A stretch of 64,000 bases of DNA from an uncultured Anaerolineaceae bacterium (GCA_964525785.1 CAZGIX010000003.1:214-64213), one strand, 5' to 3'; positions 1 to 10,684 are shown, counted from the first letter of the stretch. Program-made: numbers and translations. The notes: a model not told the origin generated them from the sequence alone.

Positions 1-641
1 TGGATCACCCGCTGAGCGTGGGATGCAATTTGTGGGTCATGGGTAACGATCAACAGGGTAAGTCCTTGCTCTTTGTTCAAACCGAGCAGCAGATTCATGA
101 TCTCTGCCCCGGTATGGGAGTCCAGGTTGCCGGTGGGCTCGTCGGCCAAAAGCAGGACTGGCTCGTTGATCAGCGCCCGGGCAATCGCCACGCGCTGCTG
201 CTGTCCTCCGGATAGCTCGGTGGGCCGGTGAGCCATACGGTCTCCCAGCCCCACCGCACTCAGGATAGCCTCTGAGCGCTGGTGGATCTCCTTCTCCGGC
301 TTGCCGCCATTGTACATGAGCGGCAGCTCGGCGTTCCTGCGCACGGTCATGCGCGGCAGCAGATTGAACATCTGGAAGACGAAACCAATCTTCTGGTTAC
401 GGATGGTAGCCAGCTCGTCTTCGTTCATCCCGGCGATGCTCTTGCCATCCAGGAGATACTCACCGCTGGTGGGCAGGTCAAGGCAGCCCAGGATGTTCAT
501 CAGAGTGCTCTTGCCCGAACCTGAGGCTCCCATGATGGCGACCACTTCCCCGCGCTCGATGCGGAAGGATACACCCTGCAGGGCAGGCACCTCCACGCTG
601 CCCAGGCGGTAAATCTTGGTCAGGTCTTTGACTTCGATCAT
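1..641 (-). CDS. ABC transporter ATP-binding protein, MacB/LolD-type (C-terminus runs off the window edge)
   Basis: Absent from the ORF track because it is open to position 1. Reverse-strand translation from ATG 641-639 reads MIEVKDLTKIYRLGSVEVPALQGVSFRIERGEVVAIMGASGSGKSTLMN (Walker A). It continues with [15 protein letters not shown] (ABC signature), LLLADEPTGNLD (Walker B) and LIVTHD. Confidence 0.9.
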   Translation of the reverse strand, partial: MIEVKDLTKIYRLGSVEVPALQGVSFRIERGEVVAIMGASGSGKSTLMNILGCLDLPTSGEYLLDGKSIAGMNEDELATIRNQKIGFVFQMFNLLPRMTVRRNAELPLMYNGGKPEKEIHQRSEAILSAVGLGDRMAHRPTELSGGQQQRVAIARALINEPVLLLADEPTGNLDSHTGAEIMNLLLGLNKEQGLTLLIVTHDPQIASHAQRVI

Positions 642-642
642 C

Positions 643-1152
643 TTACGGCTCCGTTCCCGTTGGTGGCGGATAAGCTCCCCCCTGGCCCATCGGAAAGGCG
701 GGCATGTCGTCGCTGAGGATCGTGATCTGGCTGGCGCTGATAACCCCATCGTCATCACTTTCACCTGTCACCATCACGCGCATGCCGGCTTGCAGATCGG
801 CGATGATCCCATCAACAGTCATCTCGATTTGAGTGTCTTCCAAGAGCTTGACGGTCGTGACATCCTGCGCGGTGCTGAGTGTCAGCACGTTGCCTTCGAC
901 GGACTTCACCTGACCGGTGACGCCGCGTCCACCAAAGCCCATGCCGCCGCCTGGCTGGAACTGCCCGCCCCCGGGTTGGGAACCACCGGGTACCTGGTCT
1001 TCGGAAAGCCCACGCGCATCCATGAATTCCTGTCGAATCTGGCTGGCCTGGTTGTCCCGGCTGGTCTGAAAAGTCATCCCGCCATAAAAGCTGCCCGCGG
1101 CGACCAGCGCTACCAATACAACCAATCCGATAATTACCAAAGCTTTTTTCAT
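643..1152 (-). CDS. small secreted/membrane-anchored Gly-rich protein of unknown function, co-operonic with the ABC efflux system
   Basis: 169-aa ORF with an N-terminal hydrophobic anchor (MKKALVIIGLVVLVALVAAG). It has a Gly-rich low-complexity stretch (GGSQPGGGQFQPGGGMGFGGRG) and a beta-rich C-terminal part. Its stop lies 1 nt from the ATPase start codon. Confidence 0.6.
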   Translation of the reverse strand: MKKALVIIGLVVLVALVAAGSFYGGMTFQTSRDNQASQIRQEFMDARGLSEDQVPGGSQPGGGQFQPGGGMGFGGRGVTGQVKSVEGNVLTLSTAQDVTTVKLLEDTQIEMTVDGIIADLQAGMRVMVTGESDDDGVISASQITILSDDMPAFPMGQGGAYPPPTGTEP

Positions 1153-1275
1153 TTTTATCTCCTGTTATAGTGCGGTTTTCCTGTGCTGCCGCTGACCCGC
1201 ATTGTGATGCAAACTTGGTCACGGTGCCCTATCAGGCGGCGCTCGACCGGCGCCATCCAGTCATCCGCTAAAGAT

Positions 1276-2904
1276 TTACGGCATACCACCACCGGGAGGC
1301 ATCATCCCACCACCGGCAAAATTACCCTCTATTACAGGTCCCTGCATAAATACCCTGTCGCCTGATTCGCTAGAAGCCGTCGAGGTGCTGCCGGTGATTA
1401 CCACCGCATCGCCTTCCCTGAGCTGCTCGCTGGTGATCTCGCTCATCGAGTCGCCTACCAGACCAACCGTGACCGGGACGCTGATCTGCTGCCCCTCGAA
1501 CATCACCGTTACGTACTGCTGTCCATTGCTCGTGCGGATGGCTTTGTTCGGCACCAGGAGGACGTCCTCACGCTGGTCGAGGATAATGGTCACTGAAGCC
1601 GTCATACCAGGCAGGATGGTCTCATCTGCATTCGTGACCCGTACTGTAACCGGATAGTTGACCACACCCTGCGAATTGGTTCCGATCATACCGATCTCTG
1701 TGACCTCGCCAGTATATTCTTTGTCGGCGATGGCATCAAATTCAATGACTACCTGCTGCCCGACCTTCAAGCTGGCCAGATCTACTTCTGAGATTTGCAG
1801 GTCAATGTAAAGGGAGTCCAGGTCATCGACGCGGAAGGCAGCCTCGCCTGCGCTGACGATATCGCCGGTTTTGACCTCCACTTCGGTGATCGTCCCGTCG
1901 AAAGGCGCCAGCAGCTGAGCATTGTCCAGAGACGCCTGGGCAGCATCCACTGCAGCCTGGGCAGCATCAATATCGCTCTGGCTGGCTCCGTCTTTCACGC
2001 GGGCCCATTCACGCTGCGCATCCGCCAGGGTGGCTTCTGCCACGGCAATTTCTGCTTCGCTGGAGCCATTTTTTACACGTTCCCATTCGGTCTGCGCTAC
2101 ATCCAGATTGGCCTGTGCCACAGCCAGCTCACCATCTGCCTGGGCAATCTCGACCTCGGAGTAGTTCTGCAGGTACCAGTTATAGGTGGCGAAGGCTGTA
2201 TCCATCTTATCTCTGGTTGCCAACAGGTTGGTGAGGGCCCGGACGCGATCCTGGTTGGTCAATTTCTTCTTTTCAAACTTTCTATACTGTTTAGATGCTT
2301 CTTTATAGTCCGCTTTGGCCAACAGGTAATTGGTCTCTGCCTTTTCGAGGACCAATTCATCAGAAGAATGCGGGTAATTCATGGCATTGCGGGTGCGTAT
2401 GGCATCATCCAGGGCATCCTGGGCATTAGCCACAGCCAGTTGCGCGGCGCTGCTCGCTTCGGCGGCTTTTACTTTCAGCTCGTCCAGGGCCCTTTGGGCA
2501 TCTTCAACAGCTTGCAAAGCCTTTGCCTGCTGTGTTTTCGAGTTCAAGAGATCATCCAGCGCTTGTTGGGCATCGATCAAATCCTGTTTTGCCTGAATAA
2601 TCTCGGTCGAGAGAGTGTTCGGATCCAGCGCAACCAGCACCTGATCCTCCAGGACCTTATCGCCCGGCTGGAGGGTCACTTCGCCGATCTTTCCGGAAGT
2701 CTCCCAGGTGATCGTTGCACTCTGACCCGAACGGGTAGTTCCTGATGAGCTCAGCGTGGACTCCAACGACCCGCGCGAGATGGTCGTGGTCTGCACTTGG
2801 CCCTCCTCGGCAGCCTGATTGCTGGCCCAAACCCGGTATCCCAACCCTCCGCCAACGAGAGCTACCACTATGATAGCTGTAATTAAAATGCTTTTCTTTT
2901 TCAT
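1276..2904 (-). CDS. HlyD/MacA-family periplasmic adaptor (membrane fusion protein)
   Basis: 542 aa with an N-terminal TM anchor (ILITAIIVVALVGGGL). A long Ala/Gln/Asp/Glu coiled-coil hairpin is followed by barrel-sandwich segments (LLAPFDGTITEVEVKTGDIV). The Gly/Pro/Met-rich tail is GGGMMPPGGGMP. Confidence 0.85.
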   Translation of the reverse strand: MKKKSILITAIIVVALVGGGLGYRVWASNQAAEEGQVQTTTISRGSLESTLSSSGTTRSGQSATITWETSGKIGEVTLQPGDKVLEDQVLVALDPNTLSTEIIQAKQDLIDAQQALDDLLNSKTQQAKALQAVEDAQRALDELKVKAAEASSAAQLAVANAQDALDDAIRTRNAMNYPHSSDELVLEKAETNYLLAKADYKEASKQYRKFEKKKLTNQDRVRALTNLLATRDKMDTAFATYNWYLQNYSEVEIAQADGELAVAQANLDVAQTEWERVKNGSSEAEIAVAEATLADAQREWARVKDGASQSDIDAAQAAVDAAQASLDNAQLLAPFDGTITEVEVKTGDIVSAGEAAFRVDDLDSLYIDLQISEVDLASLKVGQQVVIEFDAIADKEYTGEVTEIGMIGTNSQGVVNYPVTVRVTNADETILPGMTASVTIILDQREDVLLVPNKAIRTSNGQQYVTVMFEGQQISVPVTVGLVGDSMSEITSEQLREGDAVVITGSTSTASSESGDRVFMQGPVIEGNFAGGGMMPPGGGMP

Positions 2905-3167
2905 TATTAACCTCCAAACTTTGGTGATGGCTATTTACTATCGTATTATCAGACCTGGAAAAATCCTGTTGATTCGAATGTCATTTTATGATCCCAGCCT
3001 GTGAGAAAGCCAAGAAAATGCTGTGAATTCGCTGAGAATATCTCCACAGGTCTCATTTCACAGCTTTTTCACAGCATATTCGCATATATTAGAGGCGATC
3101 TCAAAAATATCTTGTTTTTGAGACAGCCCATAGACATTGTGGTAATATCGCTTCGAGAGATAAACGT

Positions 3168-3845
3168 ATGCCCACCGTGCTGATCGCCGATGATGACGTC
3201 AAGCTGCTCAAAATGCTTCAGCGCACGCTGATGTATGAGAACCTGACCGTGCTCACCGCCACGAATGGACAGGAAGCGCTGTCCACACTGCGCGCCCAGA
3301 CTGCTGACCTGATCATCCTGGATTGGATGATGCCCAAGATGAGCGGCCTGGACGTGGTGCGCAAACTACGGGACGAAGAGGACCGGACGCTGGTGCTGAT
3401 GCTTACAGCCCGGGATGCCATCGAAAACCGGGTAGAAGGCCTGCAGAGCGGCGCCGACGACTATCTGGTAAAGCCATTTGCTCCTGCTGAGCTGGTGGCG
3501 CGCGTGCATGCCCTGCTGCGCCGGGTAGAAGCCCGGCCCGAGAACCAGAAGGCTGAGTACGCCGACGTTATCCTGGACCCGCTAACGCGCCAGGCGCGCC
3601 GCGGCGACTTGGAGTTGGAGCTCACGGTGACGGAGTTCAACCTGCTGCATCTCCTGCTGCGCCACCCGCGCCAGGTGCTTGAGCGCAGTCACATTTTGAA
3701 CGAGGTGTGGGGGTACGATTTCGGGGGCGATGACAATGTGCTGGAAGTCTACATCGGCTACCTGCGCAAAAAGCTCGAAGCTGGCGGTCGCTCGCGCCTG
3801 ATCCACACCGTGCGTGGGGTGGGATACGTATTGCGTGAGGAATGA
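3168..3845 (+). CDS. OmpR/PhoB-family response regulator
   Basis: The REC domain shows VLIADDD and DLIILDWMMPKMSG. The winged-helix output domain shows LTVTEFNLLHLLLRHPRQV and IHTVRGVGYVL. Confidence 0.9.
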   Translation: MPTVLIADDDVKLLKMLQRTLMYENLTVLTATNGQEALSTLRAQTADLIILDWMMPKMSGLDVVRKLRDEEDRTLVLMLTARDAIENRVEGLQSGADDYLVKPFAPAELVARVHALLRRVEARPENQKAEYADVILDPLTRQARRGDLELELTVTEFNLLHLLLRHPRQVLERSHILNEVWGYDFGGDDNVLEVYIGYLRKKLEAGGRSRLIHTVRGVGYVLREE

Positions 3846-5272
3846 TGTCTATTCGACTGCGCTTGACACTGCTTTATACTGCCATTCTGGCACTGACCCT
3901 GATCGTCTTCGGGGCTGCGCTTTACACCATCCAGGCCCGCTCCACGCTGGGTACCCTGAAAGAGGAGCTGATTCGCAGCGGCGAGCGGTTCGCCGCGTCT
4001 GTCTCGTGGGCTTACAGCCGCCCACCCTTCATGATGCCCGCGCCGGACACTCCGCCGCCTGAAAGGTTTGAGGTATTTACTGCAGATCCAAACTTTGCAG
4101 GCATACGTGAGCGCGAGATCGTGCGCGTGCTGGATGCAAATGGGGAATTGGTCGCCAGCCCATTCGGTGTCGAGGAAGATGCTTTGCCGCTCAGCACAGC
4201 CGGACTCCAGGAGCTGCACAGCCAGAAAGTCTGGTGGGAGATCGCCTCGACCGATAGCGGACGGCTGCTGATCTACAACCGGCCAATTATCGCCAACGGC
4301 GAAGTCATCTCAATCGTACAGACTGCTCGCCCACTCGCCGAGCGCGACAGCTCATTGGCTGGTCTCGGCACCACCCTGGTCATCGCCAGCCTGCTGACGA
4401 TCTTATTGGCCTTTGGCATCGGCTGGTGGATCTCCGGCATCACCCTGCGCCCTATCCACCAGATCACCCGCACCGCCCGAGAGATCGGTGCGGAGAGCGA
4501 TTTTTCTCGGCGAGTGGATTATTCGGGTCCCAACGATGAGGTTGGGCAGCTGGCGATCACTTTCAACTCCATGCTGTCGCGCCTGCAGGACGCTTACCAG
4601 CGCGTCAGCCAGGCCCTCCGCATGCAGCGCCAGTTCGTTGCCGACGTCTCCCATGAGCTGCGCACGCCGCTGACCACGGTGCGCGGCAACCTGGCGCTCC
4701 TGCGCCGGGACCCGCCCTTGCCTGACACCGAGCAGGCGGATGTCCTCACCGACCTGGTAGAAGAGAGCGACCGCCTGATCCGCCTGGTGAACGACCTGCT
4801 GGTTCTAGCGCGCGCCGATGCCGGGCGCAGCCTGGTCCTGGAGCCAATTGCCGTCCAGCCTGTAGTCGAGGAGGCCTGCCGCCAGGCTCGCCAGCTGGAC
4901 CAGGGGCGGGAGATCGTCGAGGCTGCACAGGATGTAACCGCCCTGGTCGACCGGGATGCGCTCAAGCAAGTCCTGCTGATTTTATTGGATAATGCTGTGA
5001 AGTATTCCCAGGGCGTTATCACCGTCACCGCAGAGACGGCGGGCGACCAGGTGCTGATCTGTGTGAAGGATAACGGTCCCGGCATCCCCCCCGAAATCTT
5101 AGCGCACGTCTTTGACCGCTTCTACCGCGGCGATGCATATCCAGACATCCCCGGATTTGGCCTGGGGCTGCCCATCGCTAAATCTCTGGTCGAAGACCAG
5201 GGTGGGACAATCGCCATCGATAGCCAGGTTAACAGCGGCAGCAAGATCTGCATGCGCCTGCCTCGACCTTGA
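3842..5272 (+). CDS. sensor histidine kinase (TM-HAMP-HisKA-HATPase)
   Basis: The start overlaps the regulator stop (ATGA). It has two hydrophobic segments and the H-box VSHELRTPLT. N/G boxes are LLDNAVKYS, DNGPGIP and GFGLGLPIAK. Confidence 0.9.
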   Translation: MMSIRLRLTLLYTAILALTLIVFGAALYTIQARSTLGTLKEELIRSGERFAASVSWAYSRPPFMMPAPDTPPPERFEVFTADPNFAGIREREIVRVLDANGELVASPFGVEEDALPLSTAGLQELHSQKVWWEIASTDSGRLLIYNRPIIANGEVISIVQTARPLAERDSSLAGLGTTLVIASLLTILLAFGIGWWISGITLRPIHQITRTAREIGAESDFSRRVDYSGPNDEVGQLAITFNSMLSRLQDAYQRVSQALRMQRQFVADVSHELRTPLTTVRGNLALLRRDPPLPDTEQADVLTDLVEESDRLIRLVNDLLVLARADAGRSLVLEPIAVQPVVEEACRQARQLDQGREIVEAAQDVTALVDRDALKQVLLILLDNAVKYSQGVITVTAETAGDQVLICVKDNGPGIPPEILAHVFDRFYRGDAYPDIPGFGLGLPIAKSLVEDQGGTIAIDSQVNSGSKICMRLPRP

Positions 5273-5314
5273 TCTGTTCAGGTCGGGATCTGCCTGCAGA
5301 GAAATTCCAGGTTC

Positions 5315-6547
5315 CTAACCGTCATCGAACTGCACTTCTACGCTCATCCCGGCGCGCAGACCCGGGGGACTGGCGCTCAAGTCGATGGTCGTTTTATAGA
5401 CTACATCTCCGCCGAGGGTGTCAGCCACCGGCGAGATCTCGCGCACCTGCCCTGGCACATCCTCATTCAAGGCTTCTATATAGATCGAGGCAGTCTGGCC
5501 GATTTCAATCTGCGGAATATCGCGCTCGCTCAGGTCTGTAGTTTCGACGCGCAGGTGATCCAGGTCGATCAACACCAGGACAGTTTGACCCGCGACAACC
5601 CATTCCTGGCTCTGGAAGTTGACTTTGCTGACTGTTCCGGCAAACGGGGCCTTTAATTCTAGATTGGCCAGGCTATCACGGGCTGCATCCGCTCGATCCT
5701 GGGCACTCTTCAGACGAGCACGCGCCAGAGTCAGCTCGGCAGGATCTGGACCATTCTTGAGCAGCTCGACCCTATCTTCGGCCAGTTTCAGCCTGGCTTC
5801 AGCAATTTCCAGGTCATACAGGGCCTGCTGATTATCAAACTCAGGGACGATGACACCCGTCAACCGGTTCAGCTGCTTGAGGGCATTGTCGTAGTGCTTC
5901 TGTGCGTCCGATAGCTTGTTGAGCAACGCCGCCCTTTTAAAGTTGTTCTCCGGCTTGTTCTCGTAGGGCTTGAAGTCTTTTTTGGCCTGATTCAAGGCGC
6001 GCTCAGCAAGGGCCAAATTCGAGCTGGCAACCTGAATATCGATCGGCTCAGAGGGGACACTAAAGCCGTTGAGCACACGCTGGGCATCGCGCACTGCATC
6101 TCGAGCGTCTTTATACGTTTGCAGTGCAGCTGTTTGTTCTTCCATCAGGTCGTCATCCAACTGCTGCAATGCCTGCTGGGCAATCAAAACGTCAAGGTCA
6201 GCTGCCGATCGAGCAGCCTGCTGCTGTTCAGTCCCCGCCAGGCGAGCTAGGACCTCTCCGGCGTCGACATGATCGCCAACAGCGACGTTCAATGATTCTA
6301 TTTGCCCACTCAACGCAAAAGCTAACTGCGATTCCTGACCGGGGACAACAATCCCCGAAGCCGTCACACCGGCGGCGTTTGCACCGGTGGAGGCTGTACC
6401 GGCAGTATTAGCAGTGGTATTTGGGTTATCCAGTACGATGGTAGGCAGCGCCGTTGGGGTTGCTCCCGAGAATGCGCTGCAACCAGCCAGCAAAAACTGC
6501 ACCGATAGGATCAGAGCCAGCCTGTTTGTCAGCGTCAACCATTTCAT
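5315..6547 (-). CDS. HlyD-family efflux adaptor, lipoprotein-type signal
   Basis: 410 aa with signal and lipobox-like LLAGCSAF. A coiled-coil region is followed by LKAPFAGTVSKVNF barrel-sandwich segments. It is the last gene of the TetR-permease-permease-ATPase operon. Confidence 0.8.
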   Translation of the reverse strand: MKWLTLTNRLALILSVQFLLAGCSAFSGATPTALPTIVLDNPNTTANTAGTASTGANAAGVTASGIVVPGQESQLAFALSGQIESLNVAVGDHVDAGEVLARLAGTEQQQAARSAADLDVLIAQQALQQLDDDLMEEQTAALQTYKDARDAVRDAQRVLNGFSVPSEPIDIQVASSNLALAERALNQAKKDFKPYENKPENNFKRAALLNKLSDAQKHYDNALKQLNRLTGVIVPEFDNQQALYDLEIAEARLKLAEDRVELLKNGPDPAELTLARARLKSAQDRADAARDSLANLELKAPFAGTVSKVNFQSQEWVVAGQTVLVLIDLDHLRVETTDLSERDIPQIEIGQTASIYIEALNEDVPGQVREISPVADTLGGDVVYKTTIDLSASPPGLRAGMSVEVQFDDG

Positions 6548-6549
6548 AA

Positions 6550-7275
6550 TTATGCTCCTAAGCGAACAGGCTCCTCACCGATCTGCTCAACGTCAGCAAC
6601 GTGATTGTCAACGATGAGACCATCCTGCAGAGTGATCACACGCCGGGCATATTGGATCACGCGCGGGTCATGCGTGGCAAATATAAAGGTGACGCCGGTC
6701 TCCTGGTTGAGTCGCAGCATGGTCTCCATTACCTGCTTGCCGTTGGCGGTATCCAGATTGGCAGTCGGCTCATCCGCCAGGATAAGTGCCGGTTCAGGTG
6801 CCAGGGCGCGCGCAACCGCCACGCGCTGCTGCTGCCCACCGCTGAGCTGGTCCGGGCGGTGATGGGCGAATTCGGTCATGTCAATCGCGGCCAACAGCTC
6901 CATCACTCTCTGGCGGCGCTCAGGGGCTTTATGGCCGTTCAGGAGCAGCGGCATCTCTATATTTTCATAGGCCGTCAGGGTGGGGATCAAGGCAAAGAAC
7001 TGAAAAATAAAGCCGATCGTCCCTCGCCGCATATCCGCGCGCTGGTTGCGGTTGAGCTGGGAGACATCCTTGCCGTTGATGATCACACGCCCACTGGTCG
7101 GTTGGTCCAGGCAGCCGATTAACTGCAAGAGGGTGGTCTTACCCGAACCGGAGGGCCCCACCAGGACGGTAAATTCGCCGTTCTCGATGGTGAGGTTAAC
7201 CCCGCGCAGGGCATGCGTCTCCAATTTACCGATTTTGTAAATTCGGGTGGCGTTCTCGATCTTTACGACTTCCAT
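6550..7275 (-). CDS. ABC transporter ATP-binding protein (MacB/LolD-type)
   Basis: Walker [10 protein letters not shown], signature [15 protein letters not shown] and Walker [14 protein letters not shown] placed the start at the internal ATG ([13 protein letters not shown], 7275), since the track ORF extends to 7371 and would overlap the upstream permease. Confidence 0.9.
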   Translation of the reverse strand: MEVVKIENATRIYKIGKLETHALRGVNLTIENGEFTVLVGPSGSGKTTLLQLIGCLDQPTSGRVIINGKDVSQLNRNQRADMRRGTIGFIFQFFALIPTLTAYENIEMPLLLNGHKAPERRQRVMELLAAIDMTEFAHHRPDQLSGGQQQRVAVARALAPEPALILADEPTANLDTANGKQVMETMLRLNQETGVTFIFATHDPRVIQYARRVITLQDGLIVDNHVADVEQIGEEPVRLGA

Positions 7276-7324
7276 GTTGTTTCTCCTTACGGATGTTATA
7301 TCGTTATTCAAATCTGCCCGGCGC

Positions 7325-8542
7325 TTATTTCTCAGTGCGCAAGGCTTCGACCGGCTCCATGCGAGACGCAAGGATCGCCGGGTACAGCCCGGCCAGCAGC
7401 GTAACCACCAGCGCCAGCAGGGACAGGTTCACCGTATCTTTCAAGGTCAGCTCAGTATAGATCCTGTCGCTGAGCAAATAGCCGGTTACACCCATGTTGC
7501 CAATGTAAATGCCATTCCGGGTGAAATAGGCCACCACCAGACCGCCCAAGATCAGACCGATAATAATCCCGCCAAAGGCGATCAAGGAGGATTCGACCAG
7601 GAACATGCCCATGATACGGCGGCCTTTCATACCAATAGCAGACAGGATGCCGATCTCGCGCGTGCGCTCGAAGACCGACATCACCAGCGTATTAATGATC
7701 ACCGTGGCAGAGATAGCCAGCACGATCAAGTAAAAGAAAATCATAAAGCTGTTGGCCAAATCCTCGGTCTGGATGATCAACTCATTCAGATCCTGCCAGG
7801 TGAGCACCGCGTAGCTCGATCCTTGCAAGGCATCCACAACAGCACCGGTTTGGGCGGTGTCCTCCAGCAGCACAAAGATCGTGCTGGCATGATCTCCTGC
7901 CTGTGTGAGGGCCTGCGCCTTGGCTAGGGGCAGAAAGACTGTGATGCTGTCGAAACTGGGGGTATGGGTGGTGTAGACACCTCGGATGGTGAACGGCTGC
8001 TCACTCACATCGCCATTAGAGGTGTTGACCGAGAGGACAACCTGGTCGCCCGCTTCCAGACCGAGTTTATCCGCCAGCGCCCAACCGATCAGCAAGCCTT
8101 CGCGGTCATCGGGGACGATGTACTCTCCACTTACCATACCATCCCGGTAAGGGTCATTGGCTTCGGAGAGCGGGTCGATCCCGTAGACCCTGACCCCTGC
8201 CGTTTCATCGCCAACAGAGACAATACCGCTGGCAAACAGGCGCGGCGTGGCTACCTGAACCGGGGGCAGCGCAGCGATCTGGGCTGCCACGCCTGCCGGA
8301 TTTTCAACCAGGTCTTCCCATTTCAGGCTGGTCTTGTTCTCGTCATAGGTGCTTTTCCGCACCTGCATATGACCGCTCTGTAGCCGGATTGCGGTTTCGA
8401 TGGCAGTGTCCATCTCGCCTTTGAGAACGGAAGCCATCAGCAACAGGAGCATCAATCCCAGCCCCAGCGCCAGCGCAGAAAAGAAAGTGCGCCGGCGGTT
8501 GCGTCCCAGGTTGCGAAAAGCCATTTTTACAAGCTGTGTCAT
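7325..8542 (-). CDS. ABC transporter permease, FtsX/MacB-type
   Basis: 405 aa. An N-terminal TM ([17 protein letters not shown]) is followed by a large extracytoplasmic domain. The C-terminal FtsX-type bundle shows [17 protein letters not shown]. Confidence 0.85.
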   Translation of the reverse strand: MTQLVKMAFRNLGRNRRRTFFSALALGLGLMLLLLMASVLKGEMDTAIETAIRLQSGHMQVRKSTYDENKTSLKWEDLVENPAGVAAQIAALPPVQVATPRLFASGIVSVGDETAGVRVYGIDPLSEANDPYRDGMVSGEYIVPDDREGLLIGWALADKLGLEAGDQVVLSVNTSNGDVSEQPFTIRGVYTTHTPSFDSITVFLPLAKAQALTQAGDHASTIFVLLEDTAQTGAVVDALQGSSYAVLTWQDLNELIIQTEDLANSFMIFFYLIVLAISATVIINTLVMSVFERTREIGILSAIGMKGRRIMGMFLVESSLIAFGGIIIGLILGGLVVAYFTRNGIYIGNMGVTGYLLSDRIYTELTLKDTVNLSLLALVVTLLAGLYPAILASRMEPVEALRTEK

Positions 8543-8549
8543 AAGAACC

Positions 8550-9779
8550 TCATACGTAATGCAGGGCTTCGGCTGGCTCGCGCTGCGCAGCTTCGCGGGC
8601 AGGAATTACCGCTGCCAACGCAGCGATGATAGCCACCGTCAGAGCACGCCCCAGGAGCTTGTCTATTCCCCAACCGGGATAAACGCGGTCAGTGATCAAG
8701 GCAGTATATTCTGTCATGCTGGAGAAGGCGGTAAAATCCAGCCCTGTATAGCGCATCAAGCCATTGAACGCCAGCCCCAAGGCAATACCCCCAGCCACTC
8801 CTACCAGCCCTATCATCGTCCCCTCCAGGATGAACAACAGTGAGATCTGGCGCGGCTTAAAACCCATGGCTCCCAGCACACCAATCTCGCGCGTGCGCTC
8901 GTAGATAGCCATAAGAAGCAGGTTCAGAACCCCGATCCCGGCAATCACCAGGATAACCACTCCAAATATGTTCATCACGCTGCCTTTGGTCGCCAGGGCG
9001 GATTTTAGCTCCGGATAATTGTCCTCAAAAGATTCCATCTCGTAGCCCGGTAGAGAGGGTTGCATGGCAGCGATTACTGCAGCTTCCTGCCCGACCTGCT
9101 GCAGCACTATCCCTACCTCGGTGGACTGCCCGTTCAAACCGTACAGATCTTGCGCCTCTGCCAGGGAGATGTACACCGAGCGTTTCTCGATTTCGGGTAT
9201 GCCCAGATCATAGATTCCGGCAACCGTCATCGTGCGCTGGCGCATTTGTTCGTGCGCCGAGCGTCCGGTCAGTGTGATACGGTCGCCAACCTGCACTCCC
9301 ATAGCGTCCGCCAGTCCTTTGCCGATGAAGACTACATCCGCGTCGTCGGCAGTCAAAAACCGCCCGGCAATGATGTGCTGCGCGGCCAGGTTGACTTCTT
9401 CCTCTTTCTCTGGCTCGATGCCCGTGATGCCCACGGCAAAAGCACCCTCCCGGCTGCTGGCCAGCCCGCCGGTGTTGATGCGCCGCAGCGCAGCCACCAC
9501 TTGAGGCTGAGCCTCGGCCATCGTGACGACGGTCTGGTCATCTGCCAACGGCAGCAGCGGCGTCTGGCTGGCTTTGAGGCGGTAGCCGTCTGCATGCACC
9601 TGGATGTTGCCCCCCAGCACCTTGATCGCATTGCCGTAGATCGCCTGGTTAAAACCATCGACTAGTCCGTCGTACATCATCATCATCGACAGCGCCAGTC
9701 CCATAGCCAGGACGATGATGAGCGTGCGGCGGCGGTGTCTCCACAAGTTGCGCCAGGCCAGACGTAGATATAATCTCAT
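8550..9779 (-). CDS. ABC transporter permease, FtsX/MacB-type (paralog)
   Basis: Same architecture as 7325-8542 (YERTREIGVLGAMGFKP). The start is set at MRLYLRLAWRNLWRHRRRT (9779), because the longer track ORF would overlap the TetR gene. Confidence 0.85.
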   Translation of the reverse strand: MRLYLRLAWRNLWRHRRRTLIIVLAMGLALSMMMMYDGLVDGFNQAIYGNAIKVLGGNIQVHADGYRLKASQTPLLPLADDQTVVTMAEAQPQVVAALRRINTGGLASSREGAFAVGITGIEPEKEEEVNLAAQHIIAGRFLTADDADVVFIGKGLADAMGVQVGDRITLTGRSAHEQMRQRTMTVAGIYDLGIPEIEKRSVYISLAEAQDLYGLNGQSTEVGIVLQQVGQEAAVIAAMQPSLPGYEMESFEDNYPELKSALATKGSVMNIFGVVILVIAGIGVLNLLLMAIYERTREIGVLGAMGFKPRQISLLFILEGTMIGLVGVAGGIALGLAFNGLMRYTGLDFTAFSSMTEYTALITDRVYPGWGIDKLLGRALTVAIIAALAAVIPAREAAQREPAEALHYV

Positions 9780-9807
9780 ATTCAGGTTCCTTTCTGCATC
9801 ACCAGCG

Positions 9808-10524
9808 CTATGCCAGCGCCTGGTTGGCGAGGCGCGGTTGGGCTTCCACGTAAACAAACCACTCATCGAGGGTAACAGGGTCGATCAAACGCAGCGTACC
9901 AGGGGCAGCTCCCAGGATGCGCTCCACCGCATCGTTATAAGCCGCGACAATGGTATGGATCAAACGAAAGTCAGCATCATGCGTAAGAAGCAGCCGTGAA
10001 ATTACTTCCCCCAGAGTCTGCCAGAGAGACAGAAACAGCTCGCCCGCCTGGTCAGGATAGGGGGTGTTTATGACGCCTTCCCGGATGCCCTGGCGGATGA
10101 TCTCGGAGATGATGGGGGTGATGCGCTTGACTGTCAGAGCAAATACTTTCTGGCGCACAATGGCGTTATGATCTGCATACCAGACGCGCAGCAGCGCCAG
10201 CATAAAATCTTTGCGGTCCGTTTTCCAGCGCGCCGCGGCTTCGAAATAGCGCTCGAGCTTATCGAAGGCAGACAGGCTGGAATCCTGCACGATCGGGTTC
10301 AGCCTCTGCTCTGCCTCGTCCAGCAAGCGTTCGATGAGGGCTTCAAGCAGGTCTTGTTTTGAGTCGAAATAGTGGTAGAAGGCTCCCTTGGAGATGTGAA
10401 GCTCGTCCAGGATATCATGGATCGTCATCTGCTCATAGCCTTTGGTGTACACAAAACGTTGAGCGGCGTCCAGGATTTCGTTGCGCCTTGCGGCGCGGTC
10501 ATATTCTTTAATGGTGCGTGCCAT
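9808..10524 (-). CDS. TetR/AcrR-family transcriptional regulator
   Basis: N-terminal TetR HTH GYEQMTIHDILDELHISKGAFYHYFDSKQDLL. It is the first gene of the minus-strand efflux operon. Confidence 0.9.
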   Translation of the reverse strand: MARTIKEYDRAARRNEILDAAQRFVYTKGYEQMTIHDILDELHISKGAFYHYFDSKQDLLEALIERLLDEAEQRLNPIVQDSSLSAFDKLERYFEAAARWKTDRKDFMLALLRVWYADHNAIVRQKVFALTVKRITPIISEIIRQGIREGVINTPYPDQAGELFLSLWQTLGEVISRLLLTHDADFRLIHTIVAAYNDAVERILGAAPGTLRLIDPVTLDEWFVYVEAQPRLANQALA

Positions 10525-10539
10525 TTCAGTACTCCGAAT

Positions 10540-10558
10540 TAAACCGACCGTCGGTTTA
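10540..10558. promoter_or_regulatory. perfect 9-1-9 palindrome, candidate TetR operator
   Basis: TAAACCGAC-C-GTCGGTTTA lies 15 nt upstream of the TetR start codon, just 5' of its GGAG ribosome-binding site. Confidence 0.45.
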
Positions 10559-10639
10559 TTATTCAGCCGATTATATCAAGCCTATTCATTGAAGTCAATC
10601 CCCAACTCCATGATGGGTGCACTCAAATGTTGTGGGTTT

Positions 10640-10684
10640 GGGTTGTGTGGCTTGAGCGGCGAAGCCGCTCAAGCCACACAACCC
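10640..10684. repeat. 21-bp perfect-stem hairpin with GAA loop (GCGAAGC-core hairpin family, copy a)
   Basis: GGGTTGTGTGGCTTGAGCGGC-GAA-GCCGCTCAAGCCACACAACCC, located in the divergent intergenic region. Confidence 0.8.

Noticed and set aside
1795-2745. 316-aa plus-strand ORF inside the HlyD adaptor gene
   Set aside because: The minus-strand frame carries the coiled-coil and barrel-sandwich motifs of an adaptor. The plus frame is low-complexity.
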